From: Candidatus Latescibacterota bacterium
Lineage (GTDB): Bacteria > Latescibacterota > UBA2968
Assembly: GCA_038279365.1 (NCBI GenBank)
Contig: JAYODI010000015.1
Location: 10,169 to 74,168 of the forward strand
DNA length: 64,000 bases
Direction of reading: 5' to 3'
The position numbers and the translations under genes are program-made. This document shows, in pieces, positions 19,389-28,762 of this stretch (its first letter is position 1; each line of letters opens with the position of its first letter). The notes under the pieces are model-generated. The model worked only from the letters and a program-made list of their open reading frames with translations, made no database searches and was not told the origin of the DNA.

Positions 19389-20969
19389 TTACTTCAATCC
19401 TTGCCGTGGATTCAACAACTTCCCACTCTTGGTCATATTCCCCTTATCTGCCGCATCCGCATTTTTCCGCGCCTGAGCCGCATGCTTTCGCATTTCAGCC
19501 ACAGACTTTGTCTTCACACGTGCCGCACCTTGTGTCTTTTTGGTGCCCAAACGTTTTTCAGACGCCAATCGTTTTTTGGCTTTTGGAACAACGCTTTTAT
19601 ACTGCGGCAACCACTTCGCCTGTGCCACCAACATCTCATCCACCATCTGCCACACCTCCGGTGGATTACACACCGCGCCAACCAATGGATCGAGCATCAT
19701 CGCTTGTTTCAGCAAATCCGCATCCCCATTCACAGCCGCCTCAACAGCCATCCGTTGCACGCTGATTGAGTTGTTACATACCGCCGCACACCCCAAAGGC
19801 AAATCACCCACCTTGGGAATATTGATCCCATTTTTATCAATATATCCGGGCACTTCCACAATAGCATCATCGGGCAAATTGGTAATCGCGCCCTTATTTT
19901 GCACATTAAAATGTCCACGATACACACGCCCCGTCTCCAACGCTTCAATAATCCAACTGCCATGTTCTTCAGAACGTGTTTCATATTCAAACTTGGGCGG
20001 ATCTGCTTTGAGCCAATTCGGAAAATCTGTCTCAAACCAATTGCGTCCCTCCGTACACACCCGCAAATACCCACCCGTTTCCCCATGAATCCACGACGTT
20101 CCCAAACTGATCCACTGTTTGATCTCATTGGTACGCTTGCGATACCACGGCACATATTCCGACAAATGCCCATTCGATTCCGTACTGTAATAGCCAAACC
20201 GACGCAACATATCAATGCGCACCTTCTCTGTTTTACTAAACGTCGGATGTTGTTCAAACCCTTCAAGCAACCGCCCCGTCCAATCTTTGCCCTGATACTG
20301 CACTTTCACATACCACGTTTGGTGATTAATTCCCGCACAAACAATATCCACATCCTTCTTCGTCACCGGTTTAAAACCCCGGTCACCTTCTTTTTTCCCC
20401 TTGTTCACCAACAAGGAAATCACCTGCACAATCTGATGATGCCCCCCCTGCACACCGTGGCACAGCCCCAACATATTTACCCCACCATATGTGAGCCCTG
20501 CCCACGTGTTCATGGCCATCGGATTGGAATAATTTAAAAACAACGCATCCGACTGGGCCACCTCGCGAATGTCTTTGCAAAACGCCAACACCTGCGGAAT
20601 ATTGCGCTGGCCATACATAATCCCACCCGCGCAAATCGTATCGCCCACACATTGATCCACACCATATTTCAGCGGAATATCAATATCCGACTGAAACGCC
20701 TCCAGCCCACCAATGCGCGTCAAATTCAACACATAATCTGCACCATCCAACGCTTTGCGCCGATTCAACGATGTCGAAATCTTAGCCGGTACCTTATTGG
20801 CCGCAATATCGCGCTCCGCCAACTGCGTAATCATCTCCAAGTTCTGCTTGGAAATATCATGAAACGCAAAATGTGTATCCTGCAACTCCGACACCGACAA
20901 AATATCTTTCATCAACCGCCGCGTAAACCCAATACTCCCCGCACCAATCACCGCAACCTTAATCGCCAT
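19389..20969 (-). CDS. melA: GH4 NAD-dependent alpha-galactosidase/alpha-glucosidase
   Basis: IGAGSIGF Rossmann motif, QCVGDT, NYSNP, GLCHG, TESNGHLSEY. Confidence 0.85.
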   Translation of the reverse strand: MAIKVAVIGAGSIGFTRRLMKDILSVSELQDTHFAFHDISKQNLEMITQLAERDIAANKVPAKISTSLNRRKALDGADYVLNLTRIGGLEAFQSDIDIPLKYGVDQCVGDTICAGGIMYGQRNIPQVLAFCKDIREVAQSDALFLNYSNPMAMNTWAGLTYGGVNMLGLCHGVQGGHHQIVQVISLLVNKGKKEGDRGFKPVTKKDVDIVCAGINHQTWYVKVQYQGKDWTGRLLEGFEQHPTFSKTEKVRIDMLRRFGYYSTESNGHLSEYVPWYRKRTNEIKQWISLGTSWIHGETGGYLRVCTEGRNWFETDFPNWLKADPPKFEYETRSEEHGSWIIEALETGRVYRGHFNVQNKGAITNLPDDAIVEVPGYIDKNGINIPKVGDLPLGCAAVCNNSISVQRMAVEAAVNGDADLLKQAMMLDPLVGAVCNPPEVWQMVDEMLVAQAKWLPQYKSVVPKAKKRLASEKRLGTKKTQGAARVKTKSVAEMRKHAAQARKNADAADKGNMTKSGKLLNPRQGLK

Positions 20970-21080
20970 ATCTCACCTTCTCCATAACGTAAATAACAAT
21001 AAAGTATACCCATCAGCAAAACCCATCAGGCACAGCGCACCATTCCCATTTGCACAGCGTCCATAACCCCACCCACCCTC

Positions 21081-21213
21081 GTAGGCTATTTTCCCCTATG
21101 CATCCACAAACGGTATTTGCGCTGTGCAGCCTCCCCGGCATCTGAGGGGCGGCATTTTTGGGTTACCTTTTTTTGCTGTTGAAAAAAGGTAACGCGCCGC
21201 AGGCAAGGTGTTC
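21081..21213. repeat. Dispersed structured repeat, copy B
   Basis: gtaggct...ggcatttttgggttacctttttttgctgttgaaaaaaggtaacgcgccgcaggcaaggtgtt. Confidence 0.85.
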
Positions 21214-21223
21214 AAAACGCCCC

Positions 21224-22396
21224 TTACCCACTCATATCTTCCGTCAAATCGGGCAAACTGTCAAAATCCCCAATATCCACCAAATACATATTCGAATAAG
21301 ACGTCAAATCCGACGTATACAAAATCGACTTCCCATCGGGCGTAAACCGTGGGTGGCAGTGTGCGTGTTGATCATTAAACGTGCTGCGGTGATACGACAA
21401 AATCTTCGGGCCCACATACTTTTCACCATTCCACTTAAACAATTGAATAAACGGTTTTGCATTGGCACCTCCCCACTTATTCCCATCACCCACCATCATC
21501 GTTTCGTCCAAACTGTGAAAATGCGTAGAGTGAAACGGAAAATTCACCTCACGGAAATTGCTGTTATCATACTTCAACAGCCCAAACACATGGTTACCCT
21601 TCCCATCACGCGGACGACCGTGATAACCAATGTGCTCTCCATCGGCAAACCAATACTCATGACCCACCGCAATATTTTCACCTGTCTGATCGCGAATTTT
21701 CCACGCCTCTTGGGTTTGAATATTCAACCCCCACATGCGTTGATCCACCCGCGCCCAAGGTCCTTCGTGGCAAAACGTTAAAATATCGGCCTGTGTTGGC
21801 GATGTGTTGATATGCCCCAAATAACGCTTGTCTTCATGCACCACATCCAACTTCCCCGTAGCCACTTCAATGCGCGCAATTTGTGACAATGGCCGTTTTT
21901 CAAAAAACTCCACAAACCGTGAATATGCAAAAGAGACTTTTTTAGGCCCTTCTTCTGGCAAGTCTTCCATCAAATGTGTACACAAATATTTCCCATCAGC
22001 CGTTGGATTGGCTCGCCCTCGCGATGCCATCTTACCCGAATGCTCATACACCACACGCTCTTCCAACGAATCCAATTTCAACTCAATAATATTGCGACCT
22101 TGCCAAAAATACACCGCCTGATTGGCGGCACTCAAACACCCACCTGGCCGCCCATGGGTTTTCAAATCGGTCATTTGTGTAATCTTGCCATCATCCAAAT
22201 CATAACGAAACAGATTGCCCGAATTTTCGCGTTGAGAGGTAAACACAAAAGACCGATTGTTGTTAAACCAACACGGATCTGTAAAATAAAAATGGTTCGA
22301 ATGCCCCAAATAATCGGTCAAGCGATGAATTTCGCGCCCACTATAACTGTCTGTATACGAAAACTTCGGATCATCATACACGCGACCCTTGCCCAT
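21224..22396 (-). CDS. Oligogalacturonate lyase (PL22) family beta-propeller
   Basis: HFYFTDPCW, FCHEGPW..VDQRMW, GHEYW, HCHPRFTPDG..ILYTSD; no signal peptide. Confidence 0.85.
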   Translation of the reverse strand: MGKGRVYDDPKFSYTDSYSGREIHRLTDYLGHSNHFYFTDPCWFNNNRSFVFTSQRENSGNLFRYDLDDGKITQMTDLKTHGRPGGCLSAANQAVYFWQGRNIIELKLDSLEERVVYEHSGKMASRGRANPTADGKYLCTHLMEDLPEEGPKKVSFAYSRFVEFFEKRPLSQIARIEVATGKLDVVHEDKRYLGHINTSPTQADILTFCHEGPWARVDQRMWGLNIQTQEAWKIRDQTGENIAVGHEYWFADGEHIGYHGRPRDGKGNHVFGLLKYDNSNFREVNFPFHSTHFHSLDETMMVGDGNKWGGANAKPFIQLFKWNGEKYVGPKILSYHRSTFNDQHAHCHPRFTPDGKSILYTSDLTSYSNMYLVDIGDFDSLPDLTEDMSG

Positions 22397-22505
22397 AGCA
22401 GCCTCCAAAACGATAAATAACAATGAAATAAAATCGGAACGACAAGGAAGTTAAAGAGGAAAAAAGAAAAAGTAAAAAAGAAAACACAGAGGTCATCATT
22501 TGCAC

Positions 22506-22535
22506 TTTACATCCGCCATAGGCATGTGGTATCAT
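22506..22535 (+). promoter_or_regulatory. Putative promoter for the sulfatase-GH operon
   Basis: TTTACA-18 nt-TATCAT with extended TGn. Confidence 0.4.
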
Positions 22536-22584
22536 CCCATAACATCTCAAAACTTTATTTTACACACCAACCAAGGATAACCCT

Positions 22585-24030
22585 ATGGCATCACAACCCA
22601 ATATCCTCTGGATTTGTACCGACCAACAACGCTTTGACACCCTCGGCTGTTATGGCAACCCGTTTGTTCACACACCCAATTTAGACCGCCTTGCCCAACA
22701 AAGCGTGCTTTTTGAACAAGCTTTTTCCCAAAGCCCCGTTTGCACACCCAGCCGTGCCAGCTTTCTTACAGGGCGCTACCCGCGCACCACGCGCTGTCGT
22801 CAAAATGGCCAAACCATTCCCGCCGATGAAGTGCTGGTCACCAAAACCCTCCACGATGCCGGATATGTCTGTGGCCTTGCTGGCAAACTTCACCTTTCAG
22901 CCTGTCACCCCAGTGCATGTCCTGGCACAGAAAAACGCACAGACGATGGATATGACCAATTCTTTTGGTCTCACGATCCTGTTGACCGTTGGCCCACCAA
23001 CGACTATTTTCAATGGCTTCACGACAAAGGCATCAAACGCGACGTACAACCCTTTCCCGATTCCAAATTTGTCCAGGTCTTACCATCAGAAGCACACAGC
23101 CAAACCACATATTGTGTTGAACGCACCATGACCTTTATTGAACGCTGTTCCGAATTAGACAAACCATGGGCTTTTTCGCTCAATATTTTCGATCCCCATC
23201 ACGCATTCGACCCACCTTGCGAAGACCTCGAACGCTATCGTGACAAACTGCAAGACATCCCCTTGCCCAATTACACAGAAGGTGAACTCGACAACAAACC
23301 CATTTGGCAACGCATCGATCACGAAGGGTCATATGGTGGCAAAGGCCAATTTGCTTATGACAAAATGACCGAAACCGATCACCGTTGGCTCACTGCCGCA
23401 TATTGGGCCATGGTCGACGTAATAGATCGCCAAATAGGTCGCTTACTCGATTGCCTCGAAAAAACTGGCCAACGCGACAACACCTACATCATCTTCACCT
23501 CAGACCACGGCGAAATGTTAGGTGATCACGGCATTTATCTCAAAGGCCCATTCTTCTACGAACCTGCCATACGCATTCCACTGCTCATTTCTGGACCTGG
23601 TTTACGTAATGACGGCACACGCTCAAAAGCTTTGGTAGAATTAATTGACCTTGCACCATCCATTCTCGAATGGGCACACCTTGAAGCATCACCCGCTATG
23701 CAAGGCAAATCTCTAAATGCTCTGCTACAAAACAAAGCCCCTCTTGATCAACATCGCGATGATGTTTACTGCGAATATTACAACTCCATGCCAGGTCACA
23801 AAGATCCCCAAGCCCATGCCACCATGATACGTACCGAGCGTTTTAAACTTGTTGTGGCCCATGGAACAAACAGTGGTGAACTCTATGACCTCCAAAATGA
23901 CCCAACAGAAACCCACAATCTCTGGAATAACCCCAAACATGCGCCAACACAATTAGACATGCTCACGCGTCTTACAGACCGCATGGCTTGGACCGTTGAC
24001 CCACTACCCCCCCGAGAAGCAGGATTTTAA
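22585..24030 (+). CDS. Cys-type sulfatase (S1)
   Basis: PNILWICTDQQR, CTPSRASFLTG, GKLH, SDHGE. Confidence 0.95.
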   Translation: MASQPNILWICTDQQRFDTLGCYGNPFVHTPNLDRLAQQSVLFEQAFSQSPVCTPSRASFLTGRYPRTTRCRQNGQTIPADEVLVTKTLHDAGYVCGLAGKLHLSACHPSACPGTEKRTDDGYDQFFWSHDPVDRWPTNDYFQWLHDKGIKRDVQPFPDSKFVQVLPSEAHSQTTYCVERTMTFIERCSELDKPWAFSLNIFDPHHAFDPPCEDLERYRDKLQDIPLPNYTEGELDNKPIWQRIDHEGSYGGKGQFAYDKMTETDHRWLTAAYWAMVDVIDRQIGRLLDCLEKTGQRDNTYIIFTSDHGEMLGDHGIYLKGPFFYEPAIRIPLLISGPGLRNDGTRSKALVELIDLAPSILEWAHLEASPAMQGKSLNALLQNKAPLDQHRDDVYCEYYNSMPGHKDPQAHATMIRTERFKLVVAHGTNSGELYDLQNDPTETHNLWNNPKHAPTQLDMLTRLTDRMAWTVDPLPPREAGF

Positions 24031-24054
24031 GCATCTAATATAAGGAGAAACCCA

Positions 24055-24891
24055 TTGAGACTGGGAGCCCCACTATTCAAACCTTTTGATGATCCTGACG
24101 GTTGGATTTCTGCACTCAAACACCATGGTTATTCAGCCGCTTATTGCCCGCTAAAAGAAAACAATGACACAGTGCTTATAAACGCATATGCAGAAGCAGC
24201 CCAAAAACACAACATCGTCATTGCTGAAGTCGGTGCTTTTGGCAACAACCCCGTGTGCCCAGACGACACCATTCGCAAACAGGGCATTGAAAATTGTCAG
24301 AACAAACTCGCCCTTGCCGACGCGATTGGCGCACGATGTTGTGTTAACGTGGCAGGTTCTCGCTCTGACCAATGGGCAGGACCTCACGAAAACAATTATG
24401 CAACCGAAGCATTTGATCTCATTGTCGCATCCGTGCGCGAAATCATCGACGCCGTCAAACCCACACGCTCATTTTACGCCCTCGAAATGATGCCTTACAT
24501 GCTGCCCGATTCACCCGAAAGCAATCTCGAACTCATCAAAGCCGTCGATCGAAAACAATTTGCCGTTCATTTCGATCCCGTCAACATCATCAACAGCCCA
24601 CGCCGATATTATGACAACGGTACCCTCATCAAAAAATGCTTTGACCTGCTTGGCCCCTACATCAAAAGTTGCCATGCCAAAGACATTTTGCTCCACAACA
24701 AACTCACCGTTCATCTCGACGAAGTGCGTCCAGGTTTGGGCAATCTCGACTACAAAACCTTTTTAACAGAACTCAATAAACTCACCCCTGATACAACCCT
24801 CATGATAGAGCATCTAAAGGGCGAAGAGGAATACACCAAAGCTGCCGAACACATTCGTACCATCGCACACCAAAACAACCTTGAGCTGTAG
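24055..24891 (+). CDS. Sugar phosphate isomerase/epimerase (xylose isomerase-like TIM barrel)
   Basis: ALEMM, VHFDPVN, CHAKD, MIEH metal ligands. Confidence 0.85.
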   Translation: MRLGAPLFKPFDDPDGWISALKHHGYSAAYCPLKENNDTVLINAYAEAAQKHNIVIAEVGAFGNNPVCPDDTIRKQGIENCQNKLALADAIGARCCVNVAGSRSDQWAGPHENNYATEAFDLIVASVREIIDAVKPTRSFYALEMMPYMLPDSPESNLELIKAVDRKQFAVHFDPVNIINSPRRYYDNGTLIKKCFDLLGPYIKSCHAKDILLHNKLTVHLDEVRPGLGNLDYKTFLTELNKLTPDTTLMIEHLKGEEEYTKAAEHIRTIAHQNNLEL

Positions 24892-24912
24892 TAGAAAATA
24901 AAAAGGACAGTC

Positions 24913-25830
24913 ATGAACTATCGAAAACTGGGAAATACAGGGCTTAACGTATCGGAAATAGGATTCGGAGGTCTCGGTATTGGCGGGGGGTTTTATGGAA
25001 AGAAAGAGCGAACAGAATCTTTGCGTGCAATTGATCGGGCAATAGATCTGGGCATCAATTTTTTTGATACCTGTCCAAGTTATGGAGACAGTGAAGAAAT
25101 TTTGGGCGAGGCATTTAGAGGTAGACGAAATAACATCATCATTTCTACAAAAATTAGAACGACGGGATTTGACACCATTTCCGAATCTGTGGAATACAGT
25201 CTGAAGCGGCTACAAACAGACTATTTAGACATCCTACAACTACGAGATCCAACACCTGAAAAAGTAGCACGATTAAATGTATTAGAAGATATTTCCAAAT
25301 TAAAAGAACAAGGGAAAGTTCGTTTTGGCTCCGTCACAGTTGGCGATAACCAACAAACAGAACAAGTGTTATATGCAATTGAAGCTGGTTTTGATACTGT
25401 TCAATTGGCTTATAACATGATTTTTAGAACGGCTATTGAAAAATCAATACCCAGTGCGCAAAAAGCAGGTGTGGGTGTTTTGGTACGGGGCGCACTATGT
25501 AAAGGTTTCTTAACCAGCCGTATTCAAAACATTCCAGATGAAAAACGAGAAAGAGGGAATTTCTCACAGTTCAGCATTGAAGAGGCCGAAACCCTGATCA
25601 AAATTCAACATGACCTTGATTTTTTGATCATTCCAGGAAAACGAACTTTGGCACAGACTGCAATCCAGTTTGCATTAAAACCAGAAGGGGTTTCCACAAC
25701 AATCCCCAGCATGGATCAAGTTACAGAAGTAGATGATCTTGTCGGTGCATTAGACGCGCCACCTCTTACAGATGCAGAAATAGAAAAAGCAATTCAAATC
25801 ATCAAAAGTCATGAACCTGTCGAGTATTAA
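24913..25830 (+). CDS. Aldo/keto reductase
   Basis: RKLGNTGLNVSEIGFG, GINFFDT..SYG.SE, SLKRLQTDYLD. Confidence 0.9.
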   Translation: MNYRKLGNTGLNVSEIGFGGLGIGGGFYGKKERTESLRAIDRAIDLGINFFDTCPSYGDSEEILGEAFRGRRNNIIISTKIRTTGFDTISESVEYSLKRLQTDYLDILQLRDPTPEKVARLNVLEDISKLKEQGKVRFGSVTVGDNQQTEQVLYAIEAGFDTVQLAYNMIFRTAIEKSIPSAQKAGVGVLVRGALCKGFLTSRIQNIPDEKRERGNFSQFSIEEAETLIKIQHDLDFLIIPGKRTLAQTAIQFALKPEGVSTTIPSMDQVTEVDDLVGALDAPPLTDAEIEKAIQIIKSHEPVEY

Positions 25831-25867
25831 ATTATAGTCTAAAAATTCAATATCAGGAAAAACCAAA

Positions 25868-26782
25868 ATGCGCTTTGCCGATACCTCCCGAAACCGCCCC
25901 TTTGCAAAAGACCCTGCGGTTGTTCATTTCAATGATCACTATCTCATGTATTATTCTGTACCGCCTTACAAAGATGACCGCACACCCAATGGCTGGCGCA
26001 TTGGCATTGCCAAAAGCACAGACCTTGATCACTGGACCAAAATAGGGGAATTACAACCCGAACAAGAATGCGATAAAAATGGCCTGTGTGCACCCGGCGC
26101 CTTGATTCACAACAACCAAGTCCATCTCTTTTATCAAACTTATGGCAACGGCCCAAAAGACGCCATTTGCCACGCGGTTTCCAATGATGGCATCACCTTC
26201 ACACGCAACCCCACCAACCCCATTTTTGCGCCAACGGGTGACTGGACCTGTGGACGCGCCATTGATGCCGATGTCATCCCCTTTCAAAATGAACTCTGGA
26301 TGTACATCGCCACACGCGATCCCGATTTCAAAATCCAAATGCTCGGTGTGGCAACCGCACCTCTCAATTCTGATTTTTCACGCGACACATGGACACAACG
26401 CGTTGATGCGTCTATTCTCAAACCCGAATTGCCTTGGGAACAAGAATGCATTGAAGCACCCGCCATGATCCAGCGAAATGGTAAATTATATATGTTCTAC
26501 GCAGGCGCATACAACAACAAACCCCAGCAAATCGGTTTGGCCATTTCTTCCGATGGCATAAACTGGACCCGCTACAGTGACGAGCCCGTGTTACCCTGTG
26601 GGCATTCAGATTCGTGGTATGCCTCCGAAGCAGGACATCCTTACGCCTTCACAGACCATGATGGTACCACACATCTCTTTTTCCAGGGCAACAACGACAA
26701 CGGCAAAACGTGGTATCTTTCACGCGCCGTTGTCACCTGGCATGGCGATAACCCCATCATCAAACTGCACGATCAACCTTAA
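25868..26782 (+). CDS. Five-bladed beta-propeller glycoside hydrolase (GH43/32-like clan)
   Basis: AKDPAVV, CAPG, AIDADV, CIEAP, YMFYAG, Asp-box SNDGITF/SSDGINW. Confidence 0.8.
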   Translation: MRFADTSRNRPFAKDPAVVHFNDHYLMYYSVPPYKDDRTPNGWRIGIAKSTDLDHWTKIGELQPEQECDKNGLCAPGALIHNNQVHLFYQTYGNGPKDAICHAVSNDGITFTRNPTNPIFAPTGDWTCGRAIDADVIPFQNELWMYIATRDPDFKIQMLGVATAPLNSDFSRDTWTQRVDASILKPELPWEQECIEAPAMIQRNGKLYMFYAGAYNNKPQQIGLAISSDGINWTRYSDEPVLPCGHSDSWYASEAGHPYAFTDHDGTTHLFFQGNNDNGKTWYLSRAVVTWHGDNPIIKLHDQP

Positions 26783-26830
26783 ATAAAAAAACCCTTCAAA
26801 CAACAAACACACAGCAATACGGAGAAAACA

Positions 26831-28609
26831 ATGTCAAACGAACAACCCCGCCCCGAACACCCACGCCCCCAATTTCAACGCGAAAACTGGATCAACCTTA
26901 ATGGCATTTGGAATTTTGCATTTGATTTTGGTACTTCAGGTGAACAAAAAGGATGGGCATCCGACGCCTCACAATTTGACAAAACCATCACGGTACCATT
27001 TTGCCCAGAGTCAGAATTATCGGGCATACAACACACCGATTTCATTCCTGCCGTGTGGTATCACCGCACGCTCGACATTCCCAGTCAATGGGAAGGCAAA
27101 CGCATTCTGCTTCATTTTGGTGCCGTCGATTATCACTGCAAAGCTTGGGTCAATGGTCAACTTGTTGGCCAACATTATGGTGGGGGCGTATCCTTCACAT
27201 TCGATATCACATCGGCACTCCAAGCAGAGAACAACAAGCTCATTGTCTGTGCCTATGACGACACCCGATCTGGCGATCAACCTCAAGGCAAACAATGCCC
27301 AGACCTCCATTCACGTGCCTGTCACTACACACGCACCACAGGCATTTGGCAAACCGTTTGGCTCGAAGCAGTCTCCAAATCACACATTCGCCACATTCGC
27401 ATTGTGCCCGACTTAGACACCAACCGTTTTATTCTCACGCCATCATTCACCCATGCCCAACAAGGCCACACATTCAAAGCCACTTTACTGGATAATGGCC
27501 AGGAAATTGCCGTTTCATCTGCACCAGCAACCAACGGGGCATCCTTGTCGCTACGCATCAAAGAACCCCATATTTGGTCATTAAATGATCCACATCTTTA
27601 TGATCTCAAATTGGAATTATTAGAAGGCGATACCGTCATCGACACCGTTAACAGCTATGCAGGCTTGCGCAAATTCCATATTGAAGGCAATAAATTCTTT
27701 CTAAATAACAAACCCATATTTTTGCGCTTAATCTTAGACCAAGGCTTTTATCCCGATGGCATCTGGACAGCACCCAACGATGAAGCCTTAAAAGCCGATA
27801 TCGAAATGTCGATGGCCGTAGGCTTCAATGGTGCACGCCTCCATCAAAAAGTATTTGAAGAACGCTTTCACTATTGGGCCGACAAACTCGGTTACCTCAC
27901 CTGGGGCGAATTTTATGACTGGGGCATGAACTTTGGTTCGGCCCAATCCATCCATAACCACCAACGCGAATGGCGTGAAATTATCATGCGCGATCTGAAT
28001 CACCCGTCCATCATCGCCTGGACACCCTTCAACGAAACCATTGGTGCCGCACGAAATCATTTCGAAGCACATCGCCGCGCCGTTGAAGAAACCTATCACC
28101 TCACACGTGCCCTTGATCCCTCACGCCCGTGTCACTCCACCAGTGGTTACGTACACGTCATCACCGACATCTTCACCGTGCACGACTACGAACAAGACCC
28201 CGAAAAATTTGCCAAAACCTATGCCTCTGTCTCACCCGATGATTTGGAAAACACATCGGTCCGATTCCCCGAACTCTCCATCCCCTACAACGGCACACCC
28301 TACGTCGTCGACGAATATGGAGGCACATGGTGGGATGCCAACGCCACAGAAACCGAACAAGGTGCCGACCGCAAAAGCAGCTGGGGCTACGGCGCACGCC
28401 CCACAGACATTGAAGAAGTGTATCATCGCATCGAAAAACTCACCCAAACCCTCACCGATCACCCCAACATTGCCGGATATTGTTACACCCAACTCACCGA
28501 TGTGGAACAAGAGCAAAACGGCATCTACACCTATGACCGCCAAGAAAAATTTGATATCGAACGCCTCAAAAAATATTTTGGCGCACCAGCGGCCATAGAA
28601 AAAGAATAG
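26831..28609 (+). CDS. GH2 beta-galactosidase/beta-glucuronidase
   Basis: PRPEHPRPQF, LHFGAVDY, TGIWQTVWLE, NHPSIIAWTPFNE, DEYGG, YTQLTDVEQE. Confidence 0.9.
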   Translation: MSNEQPRPEHPRPQFQRENWINLNGIWNFAFDFGTSGEQKGWASDASQFDKTITVPFCPESELSGIQHTDFIPAVWYHRTLDIPSQWEGKRILLHFGAVDYHCKAWVNGQLVGQHYGGGVSFTFDITSALQAENNKLIVCAYDDTRSGDQPQGKQCPDLHSRACHYTRTTGIWQTVWLEAVSKSHIRHIRIVPDLDTNRFILTPSFTHAQQGHTFKATLLDNGQEIAVSSAPATNGASLSLRIKEPHIWSLNDPHLYDLKLELLEGDTVIDTVNSYAGLRKFHIEGNKFFLNNKPIFLRLILDQGFYPDGIWTAPNDEALKADIEMSMAVGFNGARLHQKVFEERFHYWADKLGYLTWGEFYDWGMNFGSAQSIHNHQREWREIIMRDLNHPSIIAWTPFNETIGAARNHFEAHRRAVEETYHLTRALDPSRPCHSTSGYVHVITDIFTVHDYEQDPEKFAKTYASVSPDDLENTSVRFPELSIPYNGTPYVVDEYGGTWWDANATETEQGADRKSSWGYGARPTDIEEVYHRIEKLTQTLTDHPNIAGYCYTQLTDVEQEQNGIYTYDRQEKFDIERLKKYFGAPAAIEKE

Positions 28610-28627
28610 AAAGTCCTATTCATACAC

Positions 28628-28665
28628 GTAAAAAGGCTGTGAATTTTCATTCACAGCCTTTTTAC
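28628..28665 (+). terminator. Rho-independent terminator
   Basis: gtaaaaaggctgtgaat-tttc-attcacagcctttttac. Confidence 0.8.
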
Positions 28666-28762
28666 TTTGGCACAGAAACAGAATATTTGACCTAACACTT
28701 TTCTCTCAGTATCATGGGGCGTTCTCAAAACAATCAAGACGATCCGTTACAAAGGAAACCCC

